The notes under the pieces: model-generated
What the model was told of the DNA's origin: nothing
Database searches by the model: none
What the model saw: the letters and a program-made list of their open reading frames with translations, nothing else
Program-made: the position numbers and the translations under genes
Shown here: in pieces, positions 21,494 through 33,384 of the stretch
How the letters are laid out: the number at the start of each line of letters is the position of its first letter
How positions within the stretch are numbered: position 1 is the first letter of the stretch
DNA from: Ascoidea asiatica JCM 7603
Taxonomy: Eukaryota > Fungi > Ascomycota
DNA length: 52,199 nt
Assembly: GCA_001600695.1 (NCBI GenBank)
Contig: BCKQ01000001.1
Span: 1,616,258 to 1,668,456, forward strand
Direction: 5' to 3'

Positions 21494-23879
21494 TATTATA
21501 ATTAAATATTAAAAAATTATAAAAAAATTGAGTTATATTAACATATGTTATTTAATAAAATGATAAAGGATATAAAATTAAATTTAAATTGAAAATAAAA
21601 ATAAAAATGTAAATAATAAATAAATTTAAAATTTGCAATGATGTAATTTTAAGTAAAAAGATTTAATACACTAATATAAATTAAATATTAAGTGAATAAA
21701 AAGAAATAATAAATAAATAAATAATAAGTAATAGATAATCAATAGTAAATGGTAAATAATAAAATTATGAAACAAATAAATAAAATTAATATAATAATAT
21801 AATAGTATAATGATATAATGATACAATATTATGAGTATAATATAATAAACAATTAATTGGAAAATCAATAATTCAAATTAATGATTTAGGATTAACTGAA
21901 ATAACTTTATTTTTTTTTAATTAAAAAATTAGAGTGAAATATATTGTACGAGTATAAGATAAATAATAAATGAAATCTTTTTTGACTTTTTCAAAATACT
22001 TTAAATAAATTGAAAACCCTTTATTGAGACTATTTTAAAGATAAATATTGATATTGATATTGATATTGATATTTATATTAATATTGATAAGGATAAGGAT
22101 GAGGTTGAGTGTAATTAAATAGAAGCTATGATTATTCTAAAGTTAAATTGATAAAAGAAATTATAATTTTTTGAATTTCTATTGAATATATGAAACGATA
22201 ATAAATGATAAAAAATAAAAGAATTTAAATTATATTAGATTTAAATAATTGAATAAATATAAAAATTGAAATGATTGAAATATTTTGAAGTATGACAATA
22301 AACTTGAGTTCAAGTTAAAATAAATAAAAATAAAGACAATATATGAAAAGGTGATTTTTTAATGAACTAAATTTTTGTTAAATTTGAATATTGTTATATT
22401 TATTTTTTTTGTAATAACTAAAATTCTTGATACAGGATAAATAAAAGAAATTAGTTTTATTCTTAATGATAAATAATTGGAATTACAATTATTATTGTAA
22501 TTGGAGTTGGATTGGTATGTTTATGGTAAATCTACTCAAGTTATGATTGAAGAATAGTCAACCACTTTTTCAATTACTACTATTTATTATACCTTTTGCT
22601 TTAAATTTAATAGTGTTTTTATATTTATATTTTATTTGGCTATTGTTGATATTATTATTCTTTTTTTGCACAAGTTCTGTTTATTGTTTGTTATCTAATT
22701 CAGCTTCTGATTTTGAATTTGAATTTGATTCTGTTTAATGATTTAGGATTTATGTTTTATGTTCTATGTTTTATGTTTTATGTTATGTATTTGAATTAAA
22801 GCAGCTTTCTTTAACTTCTTCAACTGGAAGAATTTTTTGGCGAAGGAAAAATATGAGGATATTGAAAAGGCTGTTGACTGACCGCTGTTTAGCAAGTTTT
22901 CTGACCTTGTTGTTTTCTCGTAAGCGCTTTTCCCACTCTTTTGTATTTTTCCCGTTCTCCGGAATTCACAGCAGGCCTGAACAGGTGTTCACTGTCTCAA
23001 TTACTACAGATAGTACTGGTACTAACGGTACCAGCTGTAGCAACGCTGTTCACTATGTCAACAATACCAGTGCATAATACTCTTGATATGCTTATTGAGC
23101 TCAAGAATACTTTTTTTTACGCGTCTGTTTTTCTTCAACTGTTTACATAAACAGAGCCATCAGCCAATCATAGAAACGAAGCCAAGCCTTGAAAGTAACG
23201 TATTTTCATGCAAATTAGTGGCCTCGTATCCAAATATCCCGTTGCTATGGAATACAACCACAGCAACCGCACATGAAATTGAACCTGCAAATGCCTTATT
23301 ATTGACCCTGATATTCTTTCAGTAAGTAATGGGTCGCTAAATCAAAACACCGGTACACTTCAATGCGTTCGTGAACAATCAGTAAGACTTTGGCACTTGT
23401 GTTCGTTAAAAAAAAAACTTATTGCTTTTAAATGCCGCAAATAACATTATAACGCGCAGTACAATAAATGCACGCTAAATTCCTTTTTGCACAAATCCAT
23501 ATCCACGGATTTTAAACAAAAAAACAATTCATTAGTATTACGTAATAACACTTGATGCGACCCCTATTAAAGACACAATTCAGTCTATGGTACTATTGAC
23601 TATGCATTGCAGCTATTTTTCTACCTGTAGTAATCATTACTCAGGCTTTAATGAATTTATGGAATATTTCAATAATTTATCTACTTTTTGACTTGATATC
23701 AAAATTTGATTACGTTTCATCTGGATCATCGTAAAAATAAATTTATTAATTATTTTTATTTTTTAATTTAATTTTCAACTTTTATTTAATTTTCTTTAAC
23801 GATAATTAATTTTTTGTTGATAATTAAGTAATATGAATCTTTGTAATTGAAATTAGGTATCAATTGCATTATCTTTAAA

Positions 23880-26800
23880 ATGTTTCCTTATCAGCAAAAT
23901 GGCTTCAATCAGCAGCCTCAATATAATTTGAATCAACAACAACCTCAAATGCAACAACAACAACAACAACAACCTCAGTTAGCTTCTCAACCAACTGGTT
24001 ATTTTATTCAACCTCAACAACAGCAACAATTGGCTTCTCAACAAACTGGATTCTATCAATTTCAACAACCACAACAATCTCAACTTCCTGCTCAAACTAC
24101 AGCTGGTAATCTTTCTTCAATACCTCAATTTGGTATTCAACAATCTCAACAATCACAACCTCAAATTCAACAACCTCAACAAACTGGTTTTTTCCCTCAA
24201 TCTATCCAATCTCAACCAACTAGAGGGTTTCAAATGCAAACCACTTTTAATCAACAACCACAACAGCAAAATGTTCAACCTTTAACTTCACAATCAACTG
24301 GATTTTTAATTTCACAACCAACTGGTTTTAGACCTGTTCAAAATATGTTAAGCTTAGATCAATTAACTGTACAAAGAACTGGTGTACCATTCAATCAACA
24401 ATCAAATAATTCTTCCTCTTCAAATTCAAAAGCAAAAAAAGGTAGTCATTTAAAAATTCCAAATATTAGATTATCTTTTGTAACAACTCAAGATCAAGTT
24501 AAATTTGAAAATTTATTCAGAAAATCTGTAAAATCTGGGGAACAAGCAATTGATGGTAAAACTGCTAAAAAAATTTTAATTAAATCTGGTTTAGAATCAT
24601 CTGAACTAAAAGATATTTGGGCTTTATCTGATACAACAAGAGCAGGAAAATTATTATTTCCTGAATTTGTTTTAGCTTTACATTTATGTAATGTTGTTTT
24701 AAATGGTAAAAAATTACCTGTAAAATTACCAAAAAAAATTAATAATGAAATTTCTTCATTTATTGATGCAATCATCTTAAGTATCACAAATGATGATGAT
24801 AATGATAAAAAATCTTCAAATAAAAATGGTTCTAATGGTTTACCAGATACAAGTCCCTTTGGTCAATCAAGTAATAATAATTCTCAAGAACAACTTCAAC
24901 CTCAATTAACAAATGCTCAACAATTAGCTTCTCTTCAAACCGGTTTCATTCCACAACAAACCGGTTTCATGCAACAACAACCTTTACAGCCAACACAAAC
25001 TGGTTACATGCAACAACAACAACAACAACCTTTACAACCATCACAAACCGGCTTTATTCAACAACAACCACCACCTTTGGCTTTACAACAAACAGGTTAT
25101 CAAGCTCCAACTGCTTTACCTTTAAGACCAATGGCAACTGGTGGTGTAGGGAAATTACAATCAATGCAAAATGCATTTATGCCTGGTGTTCAAACAAACT
25201 ATTCAATGCCAACTGCTCCAACTGTTCCAAATAATGCACCTGTTTCCAATTGGGCTATTTCAAAAGATGAAAAAAAAATTTATGATAATATATTTATATC
25301 TTGGGATAAAAAAAGAACCGGTTATATTGATGGAGTTGCAGCTTTTGAAATTTTTTCAAAATCAGGTTTAGCAAGACCTGATTTAGAAAAAATTTGGAAT
25401 CTTGCTGATTCTAATGATAGAGGAAAACTAAATAAAGATGAATTTGCTGTTGCAATGCATTTAGTTTATAAAAGAATTAATGGATTTGATATTCCATTAA
25501 GATTACCCGATGAATTAAAACCTGTTAGTTCTAAAATTATTGATGATTCTTTTAATAGTGCTAAAAATTTCTTAAAAAATACTGGTGCTTTATCTACAAG
25601 TTCAAATTCAAATCGTAGATATAAAAAAGAAGATGATGATTTCAGTTTTTATAAGAGTACAAATCGTCATAGAAAATCAATTTCAACTCCAAAAACAAAA
25701 GAACAAAAAGTTTTAGAAATTCCAGATAATTTACCAATTGAACAAAAAATAGCAGCTTTGAAAAATAAAATTCATGAAAAAGAAATCTTGCTTTCAGCCA
25801 TAGATGCTGAAACAGAATATTCTTCTGAAGATCGTATATCTGAACAAAATGAATTGGCTGTGGTAAGATTAAAAGCAAAAATTGAAGATATACAACTGTT
25901 AATTTTACAGCATCCATCTGATACAAATTCAATTTCTTCAGGTTATAAAGAAGATTTATTGAAAAAATTAAATAAATTAAATGATAGAGTTCCTCAATTA
26001 ATTTCAAAGATTAATAGAACTGATGAAGAAATAGGTAAAAAGAAAATTGAACTTTATAGAACAAATGTCAAAAAGAGAATTCCAAATTCAACTACATTGA
26101 GAGAAATATATGCTGAAAATAATTTAAATAAAAGTTCTTCCAAAGAAATGATTAATGATATTCAATCGGACATAAGAAGTTATTCTTTGAAAATTGAAAG
26201 TAAACTTAAAGGTTTAGGAGCAGGAAATTCACTTAAAAAAGTATCAGATAAAAAATGGGAAAAAGGAATTGGCGTTAATAATGAAGTTAAAAGATTTATT
26301 ACTTTATTAAACTCTTCAACATTTGCTTCAGAAAGATCTAACTCACCACGTTCTGTGACTCCTAGAATGACCACTAAAAGAAGTATAAGTAAAATGGCAC
26401 CTCCAAAGACTGCACCAAAGCCAAACTTTAAGTCTGATAGCCTTTCTCCTCCACCAGTTCAAGAACCTAATCATTCTGGATCTTCAACTTCCTCTGGATC
26501 TACTCGTTATAACTCTCCAGAAGAAAGAGCAGCTTATATTAAAGCACAGGCTGCCAAAAGAATGAATCAAAGACTAGCATCTTTAGGTATTTATCCTAAG
26601 AAGAAGCAACCACCAACACCTCAAAGTAAATCTAGAAGTGAAAGTCCTTCGATTCCACCTGTTCATAACAAGCCACCACCACCTCCTCCAAAAGCAAGAA
26701 GTAAACCCCCTGTTCCAGTGCCTACTCCTGTAAAGAAAGTTTCCCCACCAGTTGCAAAACCTGTTCCTGTGCAACAACAAACTATTCCTCAACCTCGAAA

Positions 26801-28280
26801 ATTAAATGAAAGCGAAGATAATGATAGTGATAGTGATTCATCTGACGATGATTCAGATGACGAAGAATATCAAAAAATGTTAAATGAAAAAAAGGAACTT
26901 GAAAGAAAGGAGAAAGAAAGATTGGAAAATGAACGACTTGAAAAAGAAAGACTCGAAAGAGAAAGAATAGAAAATGCAAAACAGCAAGAACAAAATAAAT
27001 TGAAACAACAAAAAGAAGATGCTAAAAAAGCAAGGAAATTGGCCAAAAAGAAACTAAAAGATGAAAAAATGGCCAAATTAAAAGCTGAAGTAGAGAAAAT
27101 GAAGAAACAGCAAAATGGTACAACTGTTTCAAATGGACCTATAACTAAAAATAATAATGATGATGATGATTGGGGAGATGATGATACTTCATCTGCTCCT
27201 CCACCTGTTTATGCTCCAAAAGCCATAAGTTCATCAATTCAATCAACAGTTCCTTCAACTGAAATCAAAGCACCAACTAATTATCATGATAATAATCCTT
27301 TTGCAAAAGCTTTCCCAGCTGTTACTAATAATATTCCAAATCCTCCAAAAGTTACTGAACAAGTCCCAAAAAGTTCTAATAATCCATTTTTTATACCAAA
27401 ACCAGTTCAAAATACTGTTGTAGAACAGAAACCTGTTATTGATAAAAAGTTAATTGAAAAACAAAGAGTTAGTCAAAGAGGAGGAGCTGAATCAGATGAT
27501 GATGATGATTGGGGAAGTGAAGATGATTTTAAAAATGATGAAGAAGATGATGAAGGATTAGATAGAGCAAGAGGTAAAAAACTTGCAAATCTTTTATTTG
27601 GTAATGGATCAGCTTCAAATGAGGCATCGGAACCAGCTTCATTTAAATCAAATGGTGATTCTATAAATAATTCAATACCTAAAGTTACAACTCCAATACC
27701 CAATGAGTCTCCTATAGTGGATTCAGTAGAACATCCAGTAACATCCGAAATCCCTTCAATTGAACCTGTTCAAGCTCCAATTTCAAATGAAGAAAATAAA
27801 AAACATATAGATGAAGATGTTAATTATGATTCTGATTTATCATTACCAGAGTCAGTTGATTCATTTGCAGATGCGCTGACAAATCAAGCATCATTTCCTC
27901 CAATACAACAATTTGAAGAAGATCAATATGCTTCAATGCAAGCAACATCATCGGTACCACCATTAGCACCACCTCCACAGGCCCCACCATTACCACCTAA
28001 TTCTGCTCCACCAGTTCCAGACTTTGGCAATATATCAGAGGCTCCAATAGCACCACCACCCCCTGCTCCACCTGCACCTTCTTTTGGAGCTCCTCCTCCT
28101 CCTCCACCACCGGCACCTATTCCTGCCTCAAATATGTCATCAAGTCCAGCTCCAAAAGTGGCTGGAATGCCAGATTTAAGTCAATTATTAGGTCAAATTA
28201 ACTTAGGAACATCACTAAAGAAAGTACCAGATTCTGAAAAAAAAGTATCTAATTCTGCAGTTATTGGTAAAGTTCTTTAA
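23880..28280 (+). CDS. PAN1: Endocytic scaffold Pan1 (2 EH domains, QxTG repeats, coiled coil, Pro-rich region, WH2)
   Basis: Many (L/P)xxQxTG repeats, IPNIRLSFVTTQDQVKFE, LLFPEFVLALHL, EFAVAMHL, EERAAYIKAQAAKRM; the likely start is ATG 23880 rather than TTG 23847. Confidence 0.95.
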   Translation: MFPYQQNGFNQQPQYNLNQQQPQMQQQQQQQPQLASQPTGYFIQPQQQQQLASQQTGFYQFQQPQQSQLPAQTTAGNLSSIPQFGIQQSQQSQPQIQQPQQTGFFPQSIQSQPTRGFQMQTTFNQQPQQQNVQPLTSQSTGFLISQPTGFRPVQNMLSLDQLTVQRTGVPFNQQSNNSSSSNSKAKKGSHLKIPNIRLSFVTTQDQVKFENLFRKSVKSGEQAIDGKTAKKILIKSGLESSELKDIWALSDTTRAGKLLFPEFVLALHLCNVVLNGKKLPVKLPKKINNEISSFIDAIILSITNDDDNDKKSSNKNGSNGLPDTSPFGQSSNNNSQEQLQPQLTNAQQLASLQTGFIPQQTGFMQQQPLQPTQTGYMQQQQQQPLQPSQTGFIQQQPPPLALQQTGYQAPTALPLRPMATGGVGKLQSMQNAFMPGVQTNYSMPTAPTVPNNAPVSNWAISKDEKKIYDNIFISWDKKRTGYIDGVAAFEIFSKSGLARPDLEKIWNLADSNDRGKLNKDEFAVAMHLVYKRINGFDIPLRLPDELKPVSSKIIDDSFNSAKNFLKNTGALSTSSNSNRRYKKEDDDFSFYKSTNRHRKSISTPKTKEQKVLEIPDNLPIEQKIAALKNKIHEKEILLSAIDAETEYSSEDRISEQNELAVVRLKAKIEDIQLLILQHPSDTNSISSGYKEDLLKKLNKLNDRVPQLISKINRTDEEIGKKKIELYRTNVKKRIPNSTTLREIYAENNLNKSSSKEMINDIQSDIRSYSLKIESKLKGLGAGNSLKKVSDKKWEKGIGVNNEVKRFITLLNSSTFASERSNSPRSVTPRMTTKRSISKMAPPKTAPKPNFKSDSLSPPPVQEPNHSGSSTSSGSTRYNSPEERAAYIKAQAAKRMNQRLASLGIYPKKKQPPTPQSKSRSESPSIPPVHNKPPPPPPKARSKPPVPVPTPVKKVSPPVAKPVPVQQQTIPQPRKLNESEDNDSDSDSSDDDSDDEEYQKMLNEKKELERKEKERLENERLEKERLERERIENAKQQEQNKLKQQKEDAKKARKLAKKKLKDEKMAKLKAEVEKMKKQQNGTTVSNGPITKNNNDDDDWGDDDTSSAPPPVYAPKAISSSIQSTVPSTEIKAPTNYHDNNPFAKAFPAVTNNIPNPPKVTEQVPKSSNNPFFIPKPVQNTVVEQKPVIDKKLIEKQRVSQRGGAESDDDDDWGSEDDFKNDEEDDEGLDRARGKKLANLLFGNGSASNEASEPASFKSNGDSINNSIPKVTTPIPNESPIVDSVEHPVTSEIPSIEPVQAPISNEENKKHIDEDVNYDSDLSLPESVDSFADALTNQASFPPIQQFEEDQYASMQATSSVPPLAPPPQAPPLPPNSAPPVPDFGNISEAPIAPPPPAPPAPSFGAPPPPPPPAPIPASNMSSSPAPKVAGMPDLSQLLGQINLGTSLKKVPDSEKKVSNSAVIGKVL

Positions 28281-28397
28281 ATTTTAAGAATTAAGTTATT
28301 TTGATGAAGAAATTTAAAAGGCTAGAGATAAAATATAATTTTTGTCGTTTTGCATTTCTATTTATTTTACACTTTTTCATTTGTCATTTACCAATTA

Positions 28398-28430
<33 letters not shown>
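28398..28430 (+). repeat. (TTA)n microsatellite downstream of PAN1
   Basis: About 11 TTA units, one imperfect. Confidence 0.8.
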
Positions 28431-28431
<1 letters not shown>

Positions 28432-28982
28432 TAATAAATTATTTTTTCCTAATTTTTAACTGTTTTTTTTTCTTCTTTTTGCATATTAAAAAAAAACAAA
28501 TGAAGTTATATTCAATTATACGGTATACTGTATATGTACAGTTAAATGTATATACATAGTATTAAGGTATATTAATGGTATTATTAATTTACAAATGAAT
28601 TGAAAAAGTGAAATTTGAAATAGAAAAGATTTTGTAGTTAAAAAATTGTATATTAATTACTTTTATAAATAATAAATTGTAAAATTAAAATTAGAAAACT
28701 TGAAAAGAAAATGAAAAGTAAACCAAAAAAACAGAAATATAAGAAAAAAAAAAATGAAAGTAAGGTTTAAATAATAATTTAGGTAACGAAACAAAGAAAA
28801 AAAAAAAAAAAAAAAAAAGTGAAAAGAAGAGAGATAAAAGAAACCAGGTTTTTTATAATAAACTTGATATTTACAAGAGAGTACAGATATATAAGTTATG
28901 GTCGTTAATGGATTATTAATATGAGATATTTTGTTTTTGTTATTGTTATTTGATTGATTAATTGATTTTAGTTGTAAGAAAA

Positions 28983-29447
28983 CTAAGCAGCTAATGGTTG
29001 ATCCATCATTTGAGGACTAACAGGAGGATTTTGAATAGTCATATAACGTTGAAACATCATTCCAACACCTTCAAATACACCTAAGATACAAGCACAAGTT
29101 ATAGCAGAATTTCTTGTATGTTTCCAACCACCTCTAATTGCTAAAGAACCACCAGTGAAAAAACCAGCTATTATAGAATTTATTGGATCTTCTCTTTTTC
29201 TTACAGCTTTAACACCACAATCAAAAGTTGAAAATAAACCACCCCAAACACCAAAATTACCTCCAAGTACTGGAGCTCTTGCTTTAATTGCAGATATTGC
29301 ACCAATTCTACGTTCACCAATTGGAGAATTTTTAAAACCTTTAATACCATGCCAAATTGAACCACCGATGACACCCATAGCAAAGGCACCACCAAAATCA
29401 TTTAAAATAACTATAGGACATGGATCTCTAGTATGATCAGCAGACAT
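28983..29447 (-). CDS. TIM17: Mitochondrial inner-membrane translocase subunit Tim17
   Basis: [47 protein letters not shown]. Confidence 0.97.
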   Translation of the reverse strand: MSADHTRDPCPIVILNDFGGAFAMGVIGGSIWHGIKGFKNSPIGERRIGAISAIKARAPVLGGNFGVWGGLFSTFDCGVKAVRKREDPINSIIAGFFTGGSLAIRGGWKHTRNSAITCACILGVFEGVGMMFQRYMTIQNPPVSPQMMDQPLAA

Positions 29448-29713
29448 TATTAAAGGGTTATAATTTCACGAAAAAAGAAGTTATGATGAATATATTTACA
29501 GGAATACTTGGACCTAAATGGTTATATGATGATTCTACTAATTATTCAAATTGTTATTATTAAAATGATAATAGTCTTTTGAATAAGCAATATATAAATT
29601 AATTGGTTTCATCGCGATCATGATTATCAAAATTATCATCGGTGCAACTTCTTTCACCATGGTGAAAAATAGAAAAATTTCCAAAGAACAAAAAGGAACC
29701 AGAACTCAGACAC

Positions 29714-29721
29714 TTACCCGG
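29714..29721 (+). promoter_or_regulatory. Reb1-type site in the TIM17/RPB4 divergent promoter
   Basis: TTACCCGG exact match; a CACGTGA lies at about 29865. Confidence 0.5.
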
Positions 29722-30232
29722 ACAGAGAGATTAAGTCATGAATGCATTATGTAATATGTTATGTAATTATTATTGTTATTATTATTGTTATTATTGTTAT
29801 TGTTGCAAGAAGCACTGCACAAACGGACATCCGAGGGCAGAGGAGCTAAAAAGTCGGTAGTCACCACGTGATGTTTGTGGATGTTGTGAAATTTGAAAAT
29901 TGAAGAAACCAAAAAAGGCGACAGTTCTGGAAAATGGAAAATGGAAAATGTCAGAAGATTCACCAGCAGCAGAAGCAGAAGCAAAAGAAGAAGAGGAACT
30001 GAAAAGTGTTTAGAACTGATAAGAAGGACAGGCAGGAATAATTTCAAAGGGGAACTTGAACTGGGATCAGGAAAGGATATTGGAAAGGAAAGGAAAGGAA
30101 AGGAAATATTAGGAAAGAATAGGAATAAATAGGAAAGAAATTGTATTTAACAATAAATAATCTATATCCCAAAATATATTAAGAATATATTTATATATTT
30201 CATTCAATTTCATTTATTAATAAAAATATAAT

Positions 30233-30889
30233 ATGAATGTAACATCGTCTTTATCTAGAAATAGAAGAAAGAAAAGAAATCAAGATTTATCAAACGAAGA
30301 AGATGCAACTAAATTAAAATTAGGTGAAGAGTTTTCTTTTGCATATTCAGATTCAAGAATTGAAGATGATGATGATGATGATGTACCTTTAATAGCTTTA
30401 AATTTATCTGAAGCAAGAATATTAATAAGAGAAGCATTAAAAGAAAGGAAAAAACAATTATATAAACAAAATTCAATATCTGATGAAAAAACTTCAAAAG
30501 AAAATAATAATGATGATAATAATAATATAAATAATGATGATGATGATAATAATATAGAAAATGATGAAGAATTAATTTCAAATGTTGCTTTAACACCAAA
30601 TGCAAATGAAATTTTGAAAAAAACTTTATTTTACCTTTCTAATTTTTCAAGATTTAGAGATGAACAAAGTTGTGGAGCTGCAGAAAATTTATTTAAAACT
30701 GAAAATTTATTTAATAATGAAAATAATGAAAGACTTTTACATCCATTTGAAACTGCTCAATTAGGTTCTTTAAGTTGTGATACATCAGATGAAGCAAAAA
30801 CTTTAATACCAAGTTTAAATGAAAAAGTTGAAGATGAAAAATTACAATCTGTTTTAGATCAATTAAATAGTTATGAAACTCCAAATTAA
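30233..30889 (+). CDS. RPB4: RNA polymerase II subunit Rpb4
   Basis: EEDATKLKLGEEF, LIALNLSEAR, LHPFETAQLGSLSCDTSDEAKTLIPSL. Confidence 0.96.
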   Translation: MNVTSSLSRNRRKKRNQDLSNEEDATKLKLGEEFSFAYSDSRIEDDDDDDVPLIALNLSEARILIREALKERKKQLYKQNSISDEKTSKENNNDDNNNINNDDDDNNIENDEELISNVALTPNANEILKKTLFYLSNFSRFRDEQSCGAAENLFKTENLFNNENNERLLHPFETAQLGSLSCDTSDEAKTLIPSLNEKVEDEKLQSVLDQLNSYETPN

Positions 30890-30957
30890 TCAGTTAATTA
30901 ATAAGCTATATTGTATAATAAATAATAAATAATAAATTATAAATAATATATATAAAA

Positions 30958-32460
30958 TTAAACATTATTATAATCTAAAAAATGTTTACCATTACCAAAT
31001 TTCCACCATTTTGATAAACAACTATGTGGTTGAATATCAATATTATTTTTATTAATATTATTACATTGACATCTTTTAACATTTCTTAAAACATTTGAAC
31101 TTGGACATGAATTAAAAGGTATATGATAATAACCAATATCATCAAAATGATGAATTTCACTTTTATTTAACATTAAACTTACAGCAATTGAATGAAATGG
31201 AGCATCACCCCATCTTTCATAATAAAAACCACCTTTTGAATCTAGAAAATTAAAAAAATCTTGATATTTTTTTGATCTAAAAAAATTTAAATTACCAATT
31301 TCAAAATTTGACCAAAAATGACATAAATTATAATCACTTGTTTTTTTTGTATCTATTGTTATATCACTACCAATTAATGAATCATCAGTAATAAAATTTA
31401 GTGAATTATCTTTTGATAAATAATTTTTATTTTTTTTAATATTAAAAAATTCAATAACATTTTTCCATAAAGTTGGAATTGTATTTTGATATTCATACAT
31501 TGTAATTATAAAACCATATTTTTTATTATTTTTTCTTAATAATTTAAATGGATCATAATTAAAATCACAAAAATATTCAACATTTGGTTCAACTCTAAAA
31601 TACCAATCATAATTTAATAATATTTTTTGTAACATAAATTTACCAGAATTAAATCTACACATATTTCTATAAGATTTTGAAAAACCATAAATTATATTAT
31701 TTTCAATTGAATAATTTAAATTTTTTTTAAATTTAATTTCATCAATAAATTTAGGTTTATTCCAATCATCTTTTGGTATTAAACCATATTGAGTTAAACC
31801 TGAAGCCATAAGAGTTGTTGAATCAATAAATTCTTGAGTGAAAGGAACATCATTTAAAAAAGTCCAAGGATAATTATAATTTTTATTAAATCTATCTTCT
31901 AAATTTCTCATTGAAATTAAAGCACCTTTTAATTCCCAATTTCTAACTAACATTAAAATTGTTGCATTTTCTCTTAAATAATTTTCAATTGGTTTAATTT
32001 TTTCTTGATTTTGAAAATCTAATAAAGAATAATTTGAATTATTTATATTATTATAAGTATAAGTTTTGGTATTGGTATTTCTATTTTCTTTTTTATTTTT
32101 ATTATAATAATCTAATCTTGATTTTTTTTCAAATAAAATTTGATTATTATAATCTATAATTTGATTTTTATATGTAATTGGATCAAAATTATAAGAATTT
32201 GAAGATAATTTTGGTTTAAAATTTGAAATTATTGAATTATTTAAATTTTTTTCAATTAAATTATAATTAGTTTCATTATTATAAAAATTTAAAATTTCAT
32301 CAAATTCATCAGTTATATTATTATTAAAAAGGTAATTTTCTCTTAGAGATAATGAAAAACAACAAAATGAAATGAATAAAATTATTAATAATATTGAAAG
32401 TAAATCAAATTTAGTTGAAATTTTTTTATTTAATTTATTTATTTTCAATATTGATATCAT
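30958..32460 (-). CDS. KRE2/KTR-family (GT15) Golgi mannosyltransferase; YUR1/KTR2-like by gene position
   Basis: N-terminal TM segment; RENATILMLVRN, SYRNMCRFNSG, YFRVEP, YNLCHFWSNFEI, GGFYYERWGDAP. Confidence 0.92.
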   Translation of the reverse strand: MISILKINKLNKKISTKFDLLSILLIILFISFCCFSLSLRENYLFNNNITDEFDEILNFYNNETNYNLIEKNLNNSIISNFKPKLSSNSYNFDPITYKNQIIDYNNQILFEKKSRLDYYNKNKKENRNTNTKTYTYNNINNSNYSLLDFQNQEKIKPIENYLRENATILMLVRNWELKGALISMRNLEDRFNKNYNYPWTFLNDVPFTQEFIDSTTLMASGLTQYGLIPKDDWNKPKFIDEIKFKKNLNYSIENNIIYGFSKSYRNMCRFNSGKFMLQKILLNYDWYFRVEPNVEYFCDFNYDPFKLLRKNNKKYGFIITMYEYQNTIPTLWKNVIEFFNIKKNKNYLSKDNSLNFITDDSLIGSDITIDTKKTSDYNLCHFWSNFEIGNLNFFRSKKYQDFFNFLDSKGGFYYERWGDAPFHSIAVSLMLNKSEIHHFDDIGYYHIPFNSCPSSNVLRNVKRCQCNNINKNNIDIQPHSCLSKWWKFGNGKHFLDYNNV

Positions 32461-33082
32461 TTTTGTTATATTATTATTATTATTATTATTATTATTTTGT
32501 TGATTATATCATTTAGAAGTATTCAAGTAATTCATTCGAACAATGAAGAAGTATGAGATAAGATGAAGTATTCAAGAAAAAGAATAAGAATTGAAGTAAG
32601 TAAGAATCAGTCAATTCATCAAGTGGTAGTTGAATATATTGTTTTGGTAATCGATTACATGAATCTATTCAACATATTACTCATTAATCATTAATCATTA
32701 AACCAATATATACAAATATAAACAAATATGAAAGTAAACAAGGATTAATATATTCAATTGACCTCTCTTTGTTTTATTGGTTTCTTAAGCACAACTCAAG
32801 TGAAAAGAAAGAAACAGTTAGGGCTCTAAACATGGATATTACACAGAACGATAATAAATATCAAATATTACACTTCAAGAAACATACATATAATACTATA
32901 GAACATAGATATGACATATGACAGTAATATAAATATAAATTCAAATTAAGAGATGATAATAAGAATGTATCATTTAAATCATAGGAATTAATTAATCACT
33001 TTTAAATCAAAAGATTAAAGGTTTAATAAATTCAACTAATTTGACTAAATGAAATTAATCTAAGAAACAGGAACGAAATATA

Positions 33083-33236
33083 AACTGTGGCATTATTGTT
33101 GGTAATGTCAGTTAATATTCAACTAATTAAGCTTGGTTTTATAAAGCTAACATTTACCCAGAATGGGAAATGAAGGCTTTAATTTGTTTCTATGAATAAA
33201 TTATACTATTAGTACAACCTACTGAATGATGAAGAA
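33083..33236 (-). ncRNA. Candidate box H/ACA snoRNA
   Basis: Hairpin 33222-33196, A-rich hinge with ANANNA matches, hairpin about 33172-33091, ACA at 33088-33086 plus 3 nt; upstream TATA/RRPE/PAC/Tbf1-like motifs. Folded by eye only. Confidence 0.45.
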
Positions 33237-33287
33237 AAAAAAAGGGAAGGAAAAAAGAAAAAAACAAGAAGAAGAGAAATTGAAGTG

Positions 33288-33384
33288 CTTTTATAGTGAA
33301 AAGTTTCACCAGAAGAAATCACTGCAAAAGCATTAAATGAAAAATAAAGGCGAAAAATAAAAGATGAGAAATAAAAAGTAGGGC
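33288..33384 (-). promoter_or_regulatory. Ribosome-biogenesis/snoRNA-type promoter
   Basis: TATAAAAG (minus, 33295-33288), RRPE-like TGAAAAGTTT 33297-33306, PAC core GATGAG 33363-33368, TAGGGC 33379-33384. Confidence 0.5.

Noticed and set aside
22831-22840. AATTTTTTGG Sm-site-like motif (telomerase/snRNA hypothesis)
   Set aside because: It sits at the 5' edge of the GC island on the plus strand, the wrong end for a mature 3' Sm site; no template or snRNA motifs were identified
23847-23879. TTG-initiated N-terminal extension of PAN1
   Set aside because: Eukaryotic gene; ATG 23880 has a good AAAATG context
32960-33030. AUUCCUA on the minus strand resembling the snR30 m1 motif
   Set aside because: No downstream AAACCAU m2 motif or matching hairpin
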